Origin: Candidatus Poribacteria bacterium
GTDB taxonomy: Bacteria; Poribacteria; WGA-4E; WGA-3G
Direction: 5' to 3'
DNA length: 64,000 nucleotides
NCBI GenBank assembly: GCA_965205015.1
Contig: OZ242029.1
Coordinates: forward strand, 4,288,001 to 4,352,000
Notes under the pieces: model-generated
What the model was told of the DNA's origin: nothing
Databases searched by the model: none
Seen by the model: only the letters and a program-made list of their open reading frames with translations
Translations under genes and position numbers: made by a program
Shown: positions 49,721 through 59,260 of the stretch, piece by piece
How positions within the stretch are numbered: position 1 is the first letter of the stretch
How the letters are laid out: the number at the start of each line of letters is the position of its first letter

Positions 49721-50845
49721 CTATTCGGATTCTTCGTCGTCATGTCTACCGAGCAGTTTATCCCAGAATCCGCCGTGTTCGTTTTGATGGGTTTCGCCTC
49801 GCAGTTTCGCAAATTCTGCTAACGTTTTTCGTTCTTCTGCATTGAGGTTTTTGGGCGTTTCGATCTCTATCCTTACAACCAGATCCCCTGAATAGGATTG
49901 CCCATAATGCGGGACTCCTTTATTGGGTATACGTAGTTGTGCCCCGTACTGGGTGCCCGGTGGAATATCGAGTTCTTCCGGTCCATGAATACTATCAACT
50001 TTGATCTTCCCACCGAGTGTGGCTTGGACGAACGAGATTTTGGCTGATGTAATAAGGTCGTTTCGATCCCGTTGGAAATGTTCGTGTGGTTCGACATTAA
50101 TAACGACAAACAGGTCACCCGAAGGCGCGCCGTTTACACCTATTTCGCCTTTACCTTGTAGTTGGTACTGGAAACCTGTATCAACGCCTTTATCAATATT
50201 TATCGGAATGTCGCGTATGTTTCGAACAGCGCCCCTTCCGCGACAGGATTGACAGGGTTCCTGAATAGTCGCCCCTGCCCCACGACATTTTGGACAGGTT
50301 CGCGACATTGTGAAAAAACCGTGTGATTGGCTGATTTGCCCCCTGCCGTAACATTGCGAACACGGTACAGGACTCGTTCCCTTTTTGGCACCACTGCCTT
50401 CACATGTAGGACACAATTCAATCCGTGGCACTTGGATTGTGGTCTGTTTGCCGTGAATAACGTCTTCCAATGTTATGTCAAGGTGGTATTGTAAATTACG
50501 TCCGGGTTTGGGGGGACGCCGCGCCCCGCCCCTGAATCCACGAAAGAGGTTGCCAAAGACATCACCGAAAACTTCGTCAAAATTTATGGTTAAATCTTCG
50601 AAATTGATCCCCATACCTTCCAGTCCTGCGTGTCCGAACCTATCATAACGGTCCCGTTTTTCACGGTCTCGCAGTACTTCATAAGCCTCAGTGGCTTCTT
50701 TGAATTTGTCTTCAGCAACTGTGTCGCCCGGATTTTTATCCGGATGGAATTGTATGGCGAGTTTGCGGTAAGCCTTCTTTATTTCGTCTTCATCGGCATC
50801 ACGATTGACGTTCAGAATCTCATAATAGTCGCGTTTTTGCGTCAT
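49721..50845 (-). CDS. dnaJ: Chaperone DnaJ
   Basis: J domain with HPD, G/F region, four CxxCxGxG motifs. Confidence 0.97.
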   Translation of the reverse strand: MTQKRDYYEILNVNRDADEDEIKKAYRKLAIQFHPDKNPGDTVAEDKFKEATEAYEVLRDREKRDRYDRFGHAGLEGMGINFEDLTINFDEVFGDVFGNLFRGFRGGARRPPKPGRNLQYHLDITLEDVIHGKQTTIQVPRIELCPTCEGSGAKKGTSPVPCSQCYGRGQISQSHGFFTMSRTCPKCRGAGATIQEPCQSCRGRGAVRNIRDIPINIDKGVDTGFQYQLQGKGEIGVNGAPSGDLFVVINVEPHEHFQRDRNDLITSAKISFVQATLGGKIKVDSIHGPEELDIPPGTQYGAQLRIPNKGVPHYGQSYSGDLVVRIEIETPKNLNAEERKTLAEFAKLRGETHQNEHGGFWDKLLGRHDDEESE

Positions 50846-50863
50846 ATGCTGTCCTTCCTGTGG

Positions 50864-51724
50864 CTATTCAGTCGTGTTCGCAGTCGCATCCGTATCATCC
50901 GATACGTCGCCTGATGTTTCTTCTTCAGCTTCAGCGGGTCCCTGCGAAACGACAACTTGAGAGGCGCGTAGGACACGGGTGTGCAACATGTAGCCACGCC
51001 GAAATTCCTCAATAACTTTTCCCTCCGGCACATCGTCCGATACTGTGACCAAGAGTGCCTCGTGCTGGTTTGGATCGAACATTTCTCCAACCGCTTCAAT
51101 CGGTGTCAACCCGTGGATTTTGAGGGCATCTAAGAGTTGTTTATGGACGAGTTGCACGCCTTCGTTAAAGGTCATGAAAGCTGACGAAATATCGCTCGTC
51201 TCGTCCTGCTCTGCTGCGCTTCTGATCGCGGCTTCCAGACTGTCCAAGGCAGGGATCATCCCTTCTAAAATTCCCTCATTGGCGAATTTGAGTTGCCGTT
51301 GATAATCAGTTTGCAAGCGTTTTTTGGTATTCTCAGCTTCTGCTGCTGTACGCAGGAGACGATCGCGTTCTGCTTTGTATTCTTCATGGACCTGCTGCAC
51401 AGCAGTTTCTACCTCTTTTTCGATTTCCGTGTGCAATAAGTCTTCGCGTTCTGCTTCGTATTGCTCGCGCACTCTTTGCACAATCGTTTCGACTTCTTCT
51501 TTGACGTCGGAGGTGAGGTTGGCAGCGGTTTCTTCGACAGGCGCGATGCGTTCTTCTATCTCCTTTTTTACTTCTGATTTGACTGTATCAAGTGCCGTCT
51601 CCGCGATTTCTCGCATCCGTTCGACAAGTGTTTTTTCTTGACTGTCGGTAGAATCGTTATCGGTAGACGCTTCTTTTTCTGTTTCTTCTTCTGTTTCTAT
51701 GTGTATTTCTCTAACTTCAGCCAT
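50864..51724 (-). CDS. grpE: Nucleotide exchange factor GrpE with extended coiled coil
   Basis: LLRTAAEAENTKKR, FDPNQHEAL, RGY.L..RVLRASQVVV. Confidence 0.93.
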   Translation of the reverse strand: MAEVREIHIETEEETEKEASTDNDSTDSQEKTLVERMREIAETALDTVKSEVKKEIEERIAPVEETAANLTSDVKEEVETIVQRVREQYEAEREDLLHTEIEKEVETAVQQVHEEYKAERDRLLRTAAEAENTKKRLQTDYQRQLKFANEGILEGMIPALDSLEAAIRSAAEQDETSDISSAFMTFNEGVQLVHKQLLDALKIHGLTPIEAVGEMFDPNQHEALLVTVSDDVPEGKVIEEFRRGYMLHTRVLRASQVVVSQGPAEAEEETSGDVSDDTDATANTTE

Positions 51725-51787
51725 AATGAAGCCCTTCTGTCTTTCTTGAGGTGTGCTTGGAAAGCACGCTTGTTTGAGTCGTCCATT

Positions 51788-52534
51788 TTAGCTATGAACG
51801 GCGTTAGCAAAGGCTCTCATCAGTTCGAGAGAGCCGTTTTCTTCGAGGATATTCCCTGTGACGATGAAGTCCGCCCCTGCTTCTACCTTTTTTGCGGCGA
51901 TTTCTGGTGTCCGGATGCCTCCACCGACGATGAGTGGGATGCTGATTTGATTTTTTACTGTTGTGATCATCTCTTCTGGAACAGAGTGGACAGCACCACT
52001 TCCTGCCTCCAGATATACCATTTGCATACCGAGATACTGGGCAGCTAATGCGTGTGGTCCCGCAATGTCGGGTTTATCACGCGGTATGGGAATTGTGCCA
52101 CTCATAAATTCAACGGCGGTTTTGTTGCCGCCTTCAATCAGCATATAGCCAGTTGGAATGGGTTTAAGCGCGTAACGTTGTATCCACGGTGCGGCTTTGA
52201 CCTGTTCGCCAATAAGATAGTTCGGGTTGCGTCCACTTATGAGACTGATATACAGAATGGCATCCGCATGGGGAGTGAGGTGCATCGAATCGCCTGGAAA
52301 TAACACCAGCGGGAGTTCTGTTTCCTGCTTAAGGGCTTTCGCGACGCGGTGTAAATCGTTCGTTAAAAAACTGCCACCGAGCAAAATTGCGTCTGCCCCT
52401 GCCTCTTCTATTTCGCTTGCAAGTTTAACGCATTTTTCAATGTCACACTGCTCCGGATCAATTAGAACGAAATAACCAGCATGGCGATTTTTCAATACCT
52501 CGTGAAAGTAGTTAAGAACCCAATTTGATCTCAA
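51788..52534 (-). CDS. Geranylgeranylglyceryl phosphate synthase (PcrB family, group II)
   Basis: VLIDP, LGGS, LFPG, LISGRNPNYLIGEQ, PTGYMLI, YLEAGSGA, VGGGIR, IVTGN. Confidence 0.9.
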   Translation of the reverse strand: MRSNWVLNYFHEVLKNRHAGYFVLIDPEQCDIEKCVKLASEIEEAGADAILLGGSFLTNDLHRVAKALKQETELPLVLFPGDSMHLTPHADAILYISLISGRNPNYLIGEQVKAAPWIQRYALKPIPTGYMLIEGGNKTAVEFMSGTIPIPRDKPDIAGPHALAAQYLGMQMVYLEAGSGAVHSVPEEMITTVKNQISIPLIVGGGIRTPEIAAKKVEAGADFIVTGNILEENGSLELMRAFANAVHS

Positions 52535-52627
52535 ATGCGATTTCCTTTTCTGACTATGCTAAATATAGGTTTGAATGCTATGCCATTTCTGATGTTACGG
52601 ACTTAGGGAGCACCAGTTACCTTAAAA

Positions 52628-52656
52628 ATTTTATCATATTTATGTCGATTTGTCAA
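52628..52656 (-). promoter_or_regulatory. Sigma70-type promoter upstream of GGGPS-grpE-dnaJ-prmA
   Basis: TTGACA-N17-TAAAAT with extended -10 TG on the minus strand. Confidence 0.65.
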
Positions 52657-52752
52657 ATTCTGTGTTGTCGCGTGCGTTCATAAAGGAGGGTACCTGCGGC
52701 GACACCTACGTTGCGTAAGAAACCAGACCCCGATATTTATCCGTAAGGTAAA

Positions 52753-53601
52753 TTAAAAGAACGTTCCGAGATAGATTGCGCCGAGTCCGACGAATATATC
52801 CCATTTCATCCAACGTTGAATGGACGCGCAACTTTCTTTCGAAGCATCTTGACCCAGACGAATTGCCAAACCGATGAGCACCACATCAACACCGATAAGA
52901 ACAACAATCAAGTAGTGCCATGAATACCAACGAAATAGATATGGGATAGGACTAAAAAGAATAACAGATGCCATGAAGCCGATGGCTGTCCAGACTGCGA
53001 TGCCTGGATTGAGCGTAGCAAGCGTTTTCGCGTTATTTTTCAGGTCGCCTTCTGTATCCTCAAGGTCTTTGACGATTTCCCGCGCCGTTGTGAATAAAAA
53101 GGCGAAGAGTGCTGGAATGAGCGTACCTTGCACCGAATCTATTGCTACACCGCCAGCAATGAAGGTTAAACCCGTTAATCCGCTAACGACTAAATTGCCG
53201 ACAAAAGGGGTACGTTTCAACCAGAAAGCGTAACTTACAAGCGCAATCGACACGAGAATAGCAATGACTGTTGTATTTCTGTTGATAAGGGTTCCCAAGT
53301 AGATGCCGATGACGGTAAGTACTATTGCCAAAATTAGTGCATTGGGACGCCGAATGCGTCCAGAAGGGAGCGGTCGGCGCGGACGATTAATGCGGTCAAT
53401 ATCGTAATCACAGTAATCGTTGATGGCGTTTCCGGCAGAAATCACGATAAGCGCGGCGAGAGAAACCAACAGAAGTCGGATATCGGCGAGATTTTCCACG
53501 TTCCCTTGGCTAGCAAACATCCCACCGAGCCACGCAGAGATGAAGGCGATGATTCCGTTCAGGGGTCGCGCTAACTCAACGTACGCGATCAATGTCTTCA
53601 T
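52753..53601 (-). CDS. Digeranylgeranylglyceryl phosphate synthase-like UbiA prenyltransferase
   Basis: LARPLN, GNAINDYCDYDIDRINRPRRPLPSG, LKRTPFVGNLVVS, AREIVKDLEDTEGD; multiple TM helices. Confidence 0.82.
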   Translation of the reverse strand: MKTLIAYVELARPLNGIIAFISAWLGGMFASQGNVENLADIRLLLVSLAALIVISAGNAINDYCDYDIDRINRPRRPLPSGRIRRPNALILAIVLTVIGIYLGTLINRNTTVIAILVSIALVSYAFWLKRTPFVGNLVVSGLTGLTFIAGGVAIDSVQGTLIPALFAFLFTTAREIVKDLEDTEGDLKNNAKTLATLNPGIAVWTAIGFMASVILFSPIPYLFRWYSWHYLIVVLIGVDVVLIGLAIRLGQDASKESCASIQRWMKWDIFVGLGAIYLGTFF

Positions 53602-53634
53602 GTTTTGTGATCGTGAGCATTGAATGATAGTCTA

Positions 53635-53893
53635 TTAGGGATAACGGATACCGAAATGCGTTCCATACTGTCAGCACACGGACTGTAGTATGACTTGAAC
53701 GAAAGGAGGTACAGTAGAAAAAGAATGCTTGCGCAGAAACCGAGAACTTTCCCTCACAAATCGAGAATGGGCTGCCCTTTAGACAAAAGGGGTACACGGA
53801 GCAGATAAATCCGAGTGTGACTGATAGTAAAATGAGGATCAGATGCGCGAGGTTTCCGCGAAAAACGAGTAGACTCGGCACAAGGGAGCGTGT
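53635..53893 (+). ncRNA. Candidate structured RNA with repeated ANGGA motifs
   Basis: No credible ORF; at least five hairpins and six ANGGA motifs; strand inferred from motif orientation. Confidence 0.3.
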
Positions 53894-53918
53894 AAAAAAA
53901 TTGAAACCTCTCGTTTCC
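53894..53918 (-). terminator. Weak intrinsic terminator after lpxD
   Basis: Minus strand GAAAC-gagag-GTTTC followed by AA-T7. Confidence 0.35.
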
Positions 53919-53928
53919 GGTAATATGC

Positions 53929-54981
53929 CTACGATTCATCCTCCAGTTCTTGAATTTTCGCTTCCAGTTCTGCAACTCGTTTTTGGAGTTTAGTGAATTC
54001 GGGGAGCAGTTCTGGCAATTTCCGAGTCGCTGCGTGAATCCGTAATTCCTGTTTGTGGGGACGTGCGGGGAATCCGGACAGATGACTGCCGGCAGGCATA
54101 TCCTTTGTAACTGCGGATTTGGCGTAAACGACACTGTCTTCGCCGAGAGTCAGATGTCCTGCTGCACCTCCATGCCCCGCGATATTTACTCGGTCCCCGA
54201 GTGTCGTGCTGCCAGCGATACCGACTTGCGCGGCGAGGCAGCAATCTTCTCCGATAACAACGTTGTGTGCGATTTGGACGAGATTATCCAGTTTAGTACC
54301 GCGTTTGATCAACGTTTCAGAGAGTGTTGCTCTATCAATAGTCGTATTCGCTCCAATTTCAACATCGTCTTCAATGACCACGGTTCCGATTTGGGGGATT
54401 TTGTGGTGTCGGTTACTAACGGGGGCGAATCCGAACCCATCGCTGCCAATAACTGCGCCGCAGTGGATGATCACGCGGTTGCCGATGGTGATTCCTTCTC
54501 GAATACTGACATGTGGGTAGATAAGACCGTCGGAGCCGATCTTGGTTCCTTCGCCGATGTAGGCAAAGGGTTGAATGATGGTATCATCTCCAATTTCAAC
54601 GTTATCAGCGATATAGGCAAACGCTTGGATTGAGACGCGCTCACCGAGTGTGACGTTCTTTCCTAAAATTGCGGTCTCATGAACCCCGGGCAGTGCGCGA
54701 TCGTTTTTGTCCCACGCGAACATTTCGATAACTTTGACGAAAGCCCAGTAGGGATTCTCAACACAGATAGTGGGCTTACCGTTACCATTGACACCGCGGC
54801 CAATAATAATGGCGCCGGCTTGTGTTGTCGCTATAGCGGCGACGTACTTGGGATTAGCAACAAAAGTAATTTGGCTTGGGAGTGCCTCTTTGATTCCAGA
54901 AACTCCTGTAATTTCGATATCACCGTCCCCAGAAAGATCGCCATCCAAGCGTTCACAAATTTCCTTGAGTTTCATACGCAT
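53929..54981 (-). CDS. lpxD: UDP-3-O-(3-hydroxyacyl)glucosamine N-acyltransferase
   Basis: Hexapeptide repeats; IGSDGFGF, KIPQIG.V.IEDDVEIGANTTIDR, KLDNLVQIAHN. Confidence 0.97.
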   Translation of the reverse strand: MRMKLKEICERLDGDLSGDGDIEITGVSGIKEALPSQITFVANPKYVAAIATTQAGAIIIGRGVNGNGKPTICVENPYWAFVKVIEMFAWDKNDRALPGVHETAILGKNVTLGERVSIQAFAYIADNVEIGDDTIIQPFAYIGEGTKIGSDGLIYPHVSIREGITIGNRVIIHCGAVIGSDGFGFAPVSNRHHKIPQIGTVVIEDDVEIGANTTIDRATLSETLIKRGTKLDNLVQIAHNVVIGEDCCLAAQVGIAGSTTLGDRVNIAGHGGAAGHLTLGEDSVVYAKSAVTKDMPAGSHLSGFPARPHKQELRIHAATRKLPELLPEFTKLQKRVAELEAKIQELEDES

Positions 54982-55046
54982 CTAACCCTAATCCTTTCTC
55001 CGTAGATTTTAACCGTGTCACCTTACGAAGTTTAGGCGGTGCAACA

Positions 55047-55610
55047 TTATTCAGGATTTCCGTCATTCTTTTCGCCTTCGTTCATCAAGCCGATTAACTG
55101 TTGTGTCAAATCGTGTTCCTTTTTCACATAAAGTGTGATGAGTCGTTTTTCGAGGATGATGTCATAATTTTCGGACTCACCGACTTTGACAATGAGTTCT
55201 TGAAGGTTGTTGTAAATCGGTTCCATTAACTCTTGCTCTTTTTCAAGCAGTGCCTGCTGACCGATTTGGACCTCACGTTGATATTCCTGCTGTTTGAGGC
55301 GAATTTCGTTATCCAAATCCGCGGTTTGTGCTTTTTCCACGAAGAGTTCAGTTTTCGCTTTCTTTTCTTGTAGCGTTCTGATGTCGTCTTCTAACTGCTG
55401 CAATTTCGTTTTCAGGCGTTCGCTTGCGGCTTGGAGCAGCTCAGTTGCATCCGTCGCTTTTTTGGATCCTTCTAAAACCTCTTGTGTGTTGACGACACCG
55501 ATTTTGAAAGATTCTTGTCCGATACTTCCCGAACTAAAACAGAAAACTGTAAGACCGATAATTAAGAGTGTGAGACGTGCTTGGTAAGCACCCAACCGAA
55601 ATGGTTTCAT
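55047..55610 (-). CDS. skp: OmpH/Skp periplasmic chaperone
   Basis: Signal peptide; KIGVVN, coiled coil, YDIILEK, DLTQQLI; located between bamA and lpxD; start uncertain. Confidence 0.88.
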   Translation of the reverse strand: MKPFRLGAYQARLTLLIIGLTVFCFSSGSIGQESFKIGVVNTQEVLEGSKKATDATELLQAASERLKTKLQQLEDDIRTLQEKKAKTELFVEKAQTADLDNEIRLKQQEYQREVQIGQQALLEKEQELMEPIYNNLQELIVKVGESENYDIILEKRLITLYVKKEHDLTQQLIGLMNEGEKNDGNPE

Positions 55611-55774
55611 CAAATTCTTCGGGGTGAAAACCTCTGAATTCATTCAGTAGAGGGAACCCCGCTCCTGTATTTTGCTTGACAAAAAGTGTCAAAATGTTAG
55701 ACTTAAGTTTAGTAACTTGAAGACGTTTGTTCGCTCGAACAACATCCAATGTAGTATAGCGCGGCGGCAATCAT

Positions 55775-58234
55775 TTAAAACCCGGGACCGACCGTGAAAT
55801 GGAATTTGCCAGCGGGTTCGCCGCTCACGCGATCCAAGCCATATCCCCAACCTAATCGTACTAACATGCCGAGCATGGTAAACCGAGCCTCAAGCCCGAG
55901 ACCTCGCTTCAGGTTGATTTGGCTGAAGACGTTTGTAGTGCTTTCATCCCACACCTGTCCTACGTCAAAAAACAGTGCTGCTGTGAGCTGCTGAGAAATT
56001 GGGACACGATACTCAAAGTTTGCGAAGAATACCTTATCACCACCGTAGGGATTAATAAATCCCGATTCATCTGGATCCGGATAGATTTCCCAATCTTCAT
56101 AGCCACGAATGCTATCTACACCGCCGAGGAAGAATCTTTCATAGAATAGGAAATAAGCATCGGTGCTTTCACTTCGCATGAGTCCGGCGCGACCATGCAC
56201 AGCGATAACGTGGTTCCACCATCCACTGTAGAACCAACTGGCGTCCGCATAATATTTCTGGAATTTGTTGTCGGCGCCAAGAATACCACCGGAGTATTCA
56301 TAAGAGAGCGTATTAAATGAACCTGCTGTTGGGTCAAACAGGGAGGTGCGATAATCGCGGGTATCTCTGCCAACGGAAAACAGAATGCTCCGTGTGGAAC
56401 GATTGTATAACTCTCGGTCTGGGTTGTGTGATTCCACGTGTTCATTGCGAAAACGTACCGACAGATCAATGTCGTGTGCGATGGGTCTTCCGAGCGTTAG
56501 GGACGCCCCTCGCCTTGCCCAAATATAGCGGTCGTAGAGGCCGTATGGGGAGCTGCTTCCCAAGTGACGACGGTTATAGAGGGCACCGATCGTTCCGTAG
56601 TAGCGACGGAAGCGTCGATTGTCGTAGATTCGGGCGTTAAGCCGAGTGGGTGTCCCCAAAATCCAAGGGGTTCCAAAACTGAGTTCGGCGGTATGGTGAT
56701 CTCTTGTGCCTAACTCGCCTTTGAGATGCACCCGATAGGCTCGTCCGCGAAAGTTGTTTTGTCCGACCTCAGCTACACCGAAGATACCGCCTTCGCTGCC
56801 GTACCCGCCTCCGACACTTAACATTCCTGTTCGTGGCGTTTCGGCGATATTAACTCTTAACTCCTTTCGGTTGTCTTCAGAGGTGTCACTTGGGACAAAA
56901 TCAACGGCGCGAATGAAAGAACCCATCTGGAATAACCGTTGTCGTGCTTTGCGGAGTGCTTTGACATCTAATAATTCATCGGACTTGATGTCCAGAAAAT
57001 CTAACTCGCGTTTAACAACGTGTTCTTGTGTTTTTTCTAATCCAGTAATGATGACTTTGTCAATAATGATGACATCCCCTTCGTTGATTTTTAGGGTAAT
57101 GTCAACGACGCCCTCCACCTCATTGAAGACGGGGGTCGGTATGACCTCTGAAAGTAGGTAGCCTTTGTCGAGATAAGCCTGCTGTAATTTTGCAATTGAT
57201 TCGTCAAAGGTCGCGCGGTTAAAAACCTCGCCTTCCGCCGGGTCAACCATCCTGCGTATTTTCTTTTCAGAAAAGAGTTCCTTAGCTCCGGCTTCCACCT
57301 CAAGTGTGTATGTCCCGATAATAAATTCGGGACCTTCATCAACACTAATGTCAAGCATTAAGCCGGTTTTGTCTTCCGTGAACCGTTTTTCGTAGCCGAT
57401 GACCTTCACTTGTGCAAAGCCTCGGTCCTGATAGTAGTTTCGGAGATTCAGTCCTAAGTCTTCTTCTTCAAACAGCATCTGATCGAAGTGTTTACCGGTG
57501 CGGGTTTTGAGTTTTTTCCGGAGTGTATTCGCCGAGAGTTGTGTGTTTCCGATGAAGTTGATTTCCTCAATTCGCACTCTCGGTCCTTCGTTTATCTCAA
57601 ACGTGACTTGAACGGTATTCGCCTCTTCGTCTTTATCGCCAAGGTGGGTTTGGATGCCGACGAGATAGTATCCTTTTTCGTGGTAGAGTTTCTGTAGTGC
57701 TCGCTCACTTTCCCACCGTCGCCGATCACTATAAATTTCTGAGGGGCGGAGTATAATCTCATCTTTAAGTTTGCCGGTACTCAAATTTTCATTTCCAATA
57801 ATGTTAATTCCGGAAATTTTAGGACTTTCGACGACCTTGTAAATGACCTCTAACCCGCCCTCTTCCAGAGGTTCTACATTTACGGTGAGTTCAGAGAAGA
57901 AGCCTGTGTCTTTAAAGAGGCTTTTCAGGTCTTGCGTGAGGAGTTCTTCAGAGATTTCCTGTCCAATCTGTGTCTGAATAAGCGTGCGCAGCATATCTTC
58001 GGAGGTAGTTTTCACGCCTTCAAAGGAGACTTTTTTGACACGGAGCAGCGAATCGTCAGTTGGTTTGGTGGTATCTGTTGTCGCTTTATCGGGTTCGGTC
58101 TCCACCTGCTGTTCGGTGATAGTGGCTGCCTGAGGACCAAATACTGGTTTTTCCGTTTCTTCTGCAAAACTGGTGATTGCTGCAAGTCCAATGCATAGAC
58201 TTATCAGCATAAAAACGTTTTTTGGTGCATTCAT
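55775..58234 (-). CDS. bamA: Outer membrane protein assembly factor BamA
   Basis: GGGAG RBS; POTRA repeats; FFLGGVDSIRGY; C-terminal FHFTVGPGF; start set at MNAPK. Confidence 0.95.
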   Translation of the reverse strand: MNAPKNVFMLISLCIGLAAITSFAEETEKPVFGPQAATITEQQVETEPDKATTDTTKPTDDSLLRVKKVSFEGVKTTSEDMLRTLIQTQIGQEISEELLTQDLKSLFKDTGFFSELTVNVEPLEEGGLEVIYKVVESPKISGINIIGNENLSTGKLKDEIILRPSEIYSDRRRWESERALQKLYHEKGYYLVGIQTHLGDKDEEANTVQVTFEINEGPRVRIEEINFIGNTQLSANTLRKKLKTRTGKHFDQMLFEEEDLGLNLRNYYQDRGFAQVKVIGYEKRFTEDKTGLMLDISVDEGPEFIIGTYTLEVEAGAKELFSEKKIRRMVDPAEGEVFNRATFDESIAKLQQAYLDKGYLLSEVIPTPVFNEVEGVVDITLKINEGDVIIIDKVIITGLEKTQEHVVKRELDFLDIKSDELLDVKALRKARQRLFQMGSFIRAVDFVPSDTSEDNRKELRVNIAETPRTGMLSVGGGYGSEGGIFGVAEVGQNNFRGRAYRVHLKGELGTRDHHTAELSFGTPWILGTPTRLNARIYDNRRFRRYYGTIGALYNRRHLGSSSPYGLYDRYIWARRGASLTLGRPIAHDIDLSVRFRNEHVESHNPDRELYNRSTRSILFSVGRDTRDYRTSLFDPTAGSFNTLSYEYSGGILGADNKFQKYYADASWFYSGWWNHVIAVHGRAGLMRSESTDAYFLFYERFFLGGVDSIRGYEDWEIYPDPDESGFINPYGGDKVFFANFEYRVPISQQLTAALFFDVGQVWDESTTNVFSQINLKRGLGLEARFTMLGMLVRLGWGYGLDRVSGEPAGKFHFTVGPGF

Positions 58235-58298
58235 AATCAATATTCTCCCATGTGTTGTAGGCTTTTCCACAGGCGCGTAAGCACGATCTGTTCCACTG

Positions 58299-59180
58299 TT
58301 ATACGTCGGTGGTATAGATTGGGGTGCCGCAGCTATGTGCAAACTGCCGAAATGCTGCAATGAGTTTTTCTGTCACTTTTCCGGGCTGCCCGTCTCCGAT
58401 GGCGCGCCGGTCTATTTTCACAACAGGTATAACCTCGGCGGCTGTGCCGGTGAGAAAACATTCATCTGCAATGTAAAGATCGTGCCGTGTGAAAACGCGT
58501 TCTTCGACGCGCATGCCAGCACGGCGTGCCAGATCGATAACACTGTTCCGGGTTACACCTTCCAAAATTCCCATGTGGACCGGTGGTGTGACAAGGACTT
58601 CATCCTTGACCCAGAAGATATTATCGCCACTACATTCAACAACATACCCCTCTGCATTAAGCATCAATACCTCTTCTGCACCGGACTGTTTGCCCTCAAT
58701 TTTGGCTAAAATATTATTTAGATAATTCAGCGACTTAATGCGCGGGTTAATGGCTTCTGAATAATTCCTTCGGACAGAGACAGTTACGATTTCCAAACCT
58801 TCTTCATAGAATTTTTGTGGGTACAGGGTGATTTTATCTGCAATAATAATGATGCTCGGCTTTGGACATTTATCCGGGTCGAGCCCGAGATCGCCTACGC
58901 CGCGCGTTACAACCAATCGAATATAGGCTTCACTGAGATGGTTCCGACGGAGTGTTTCCAGAACCGTTTCCTTCATCGTTTCAATAGAGATAGGGATCTG
59001 CAACATGATTGATTTTGCAGAATCGTAAAGTCGCTCAAGGTGATCGTCGAGTTTAAAGACTCTACCATTGTAGGAACGGATACCTTCAAAAACGCCGTCG
59101 CCGTAGAGTAAACCGTGATCGAACACCGAAACCTTTGCTTCTGCTTTTGGTAAAAATTCTCCGTCGATATAAATCAACAT
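58299..59180 (-). CDS. ilvE: Branched-chain amino acid aminotransferase
   Basis: DHGLLYGDGVFEGIR, KSLNYLNN, ECSGDNIF, LEGVTR, FLTGTAAE. Confidence 0.95.
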   Translation of the reverse strand: MLIYIDGEFLPKAEAKVSVFDHGLLYGDGVFEGIRSYNGRVFKLDDHLERLYDSAKSIMLQIPISIETMKETVLETLRRNHLSEAYIRLVVTRGVGDLGLDPDKCPKPSIIIIADKITLYPQKFYEEGLEIVTVSVRRNYSEAINPRIKSLNYLNNILAKIEGKQSGAEEVLMLNAEGYVVECSGDNIFWVKDEVLVTPPVHMGILEGVTRNSVIDLARRAGMRVEERVFTRHDLYIADECFLTGTAAEVIPVVKIDRRAIGDGQPGKVTEKLIAAFRQFAHSCGTPIYTTDV

Positions 59181-59260
59181 TTTTTAATTATGGCCTCCTG
59201 AGTTTTTAACTATGGGGCTTTTTCGCCACCGCTCCATTACATTCGTCCAGGGTCCCAAAG

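Noticed and set aside
53735-53760. Minus-strand GAGGGAAAGTTC resembling the RNase P conserved GAGGAAAGTCC
   Set aside because: No matching 3' conserved region, and the downstream space is too short.
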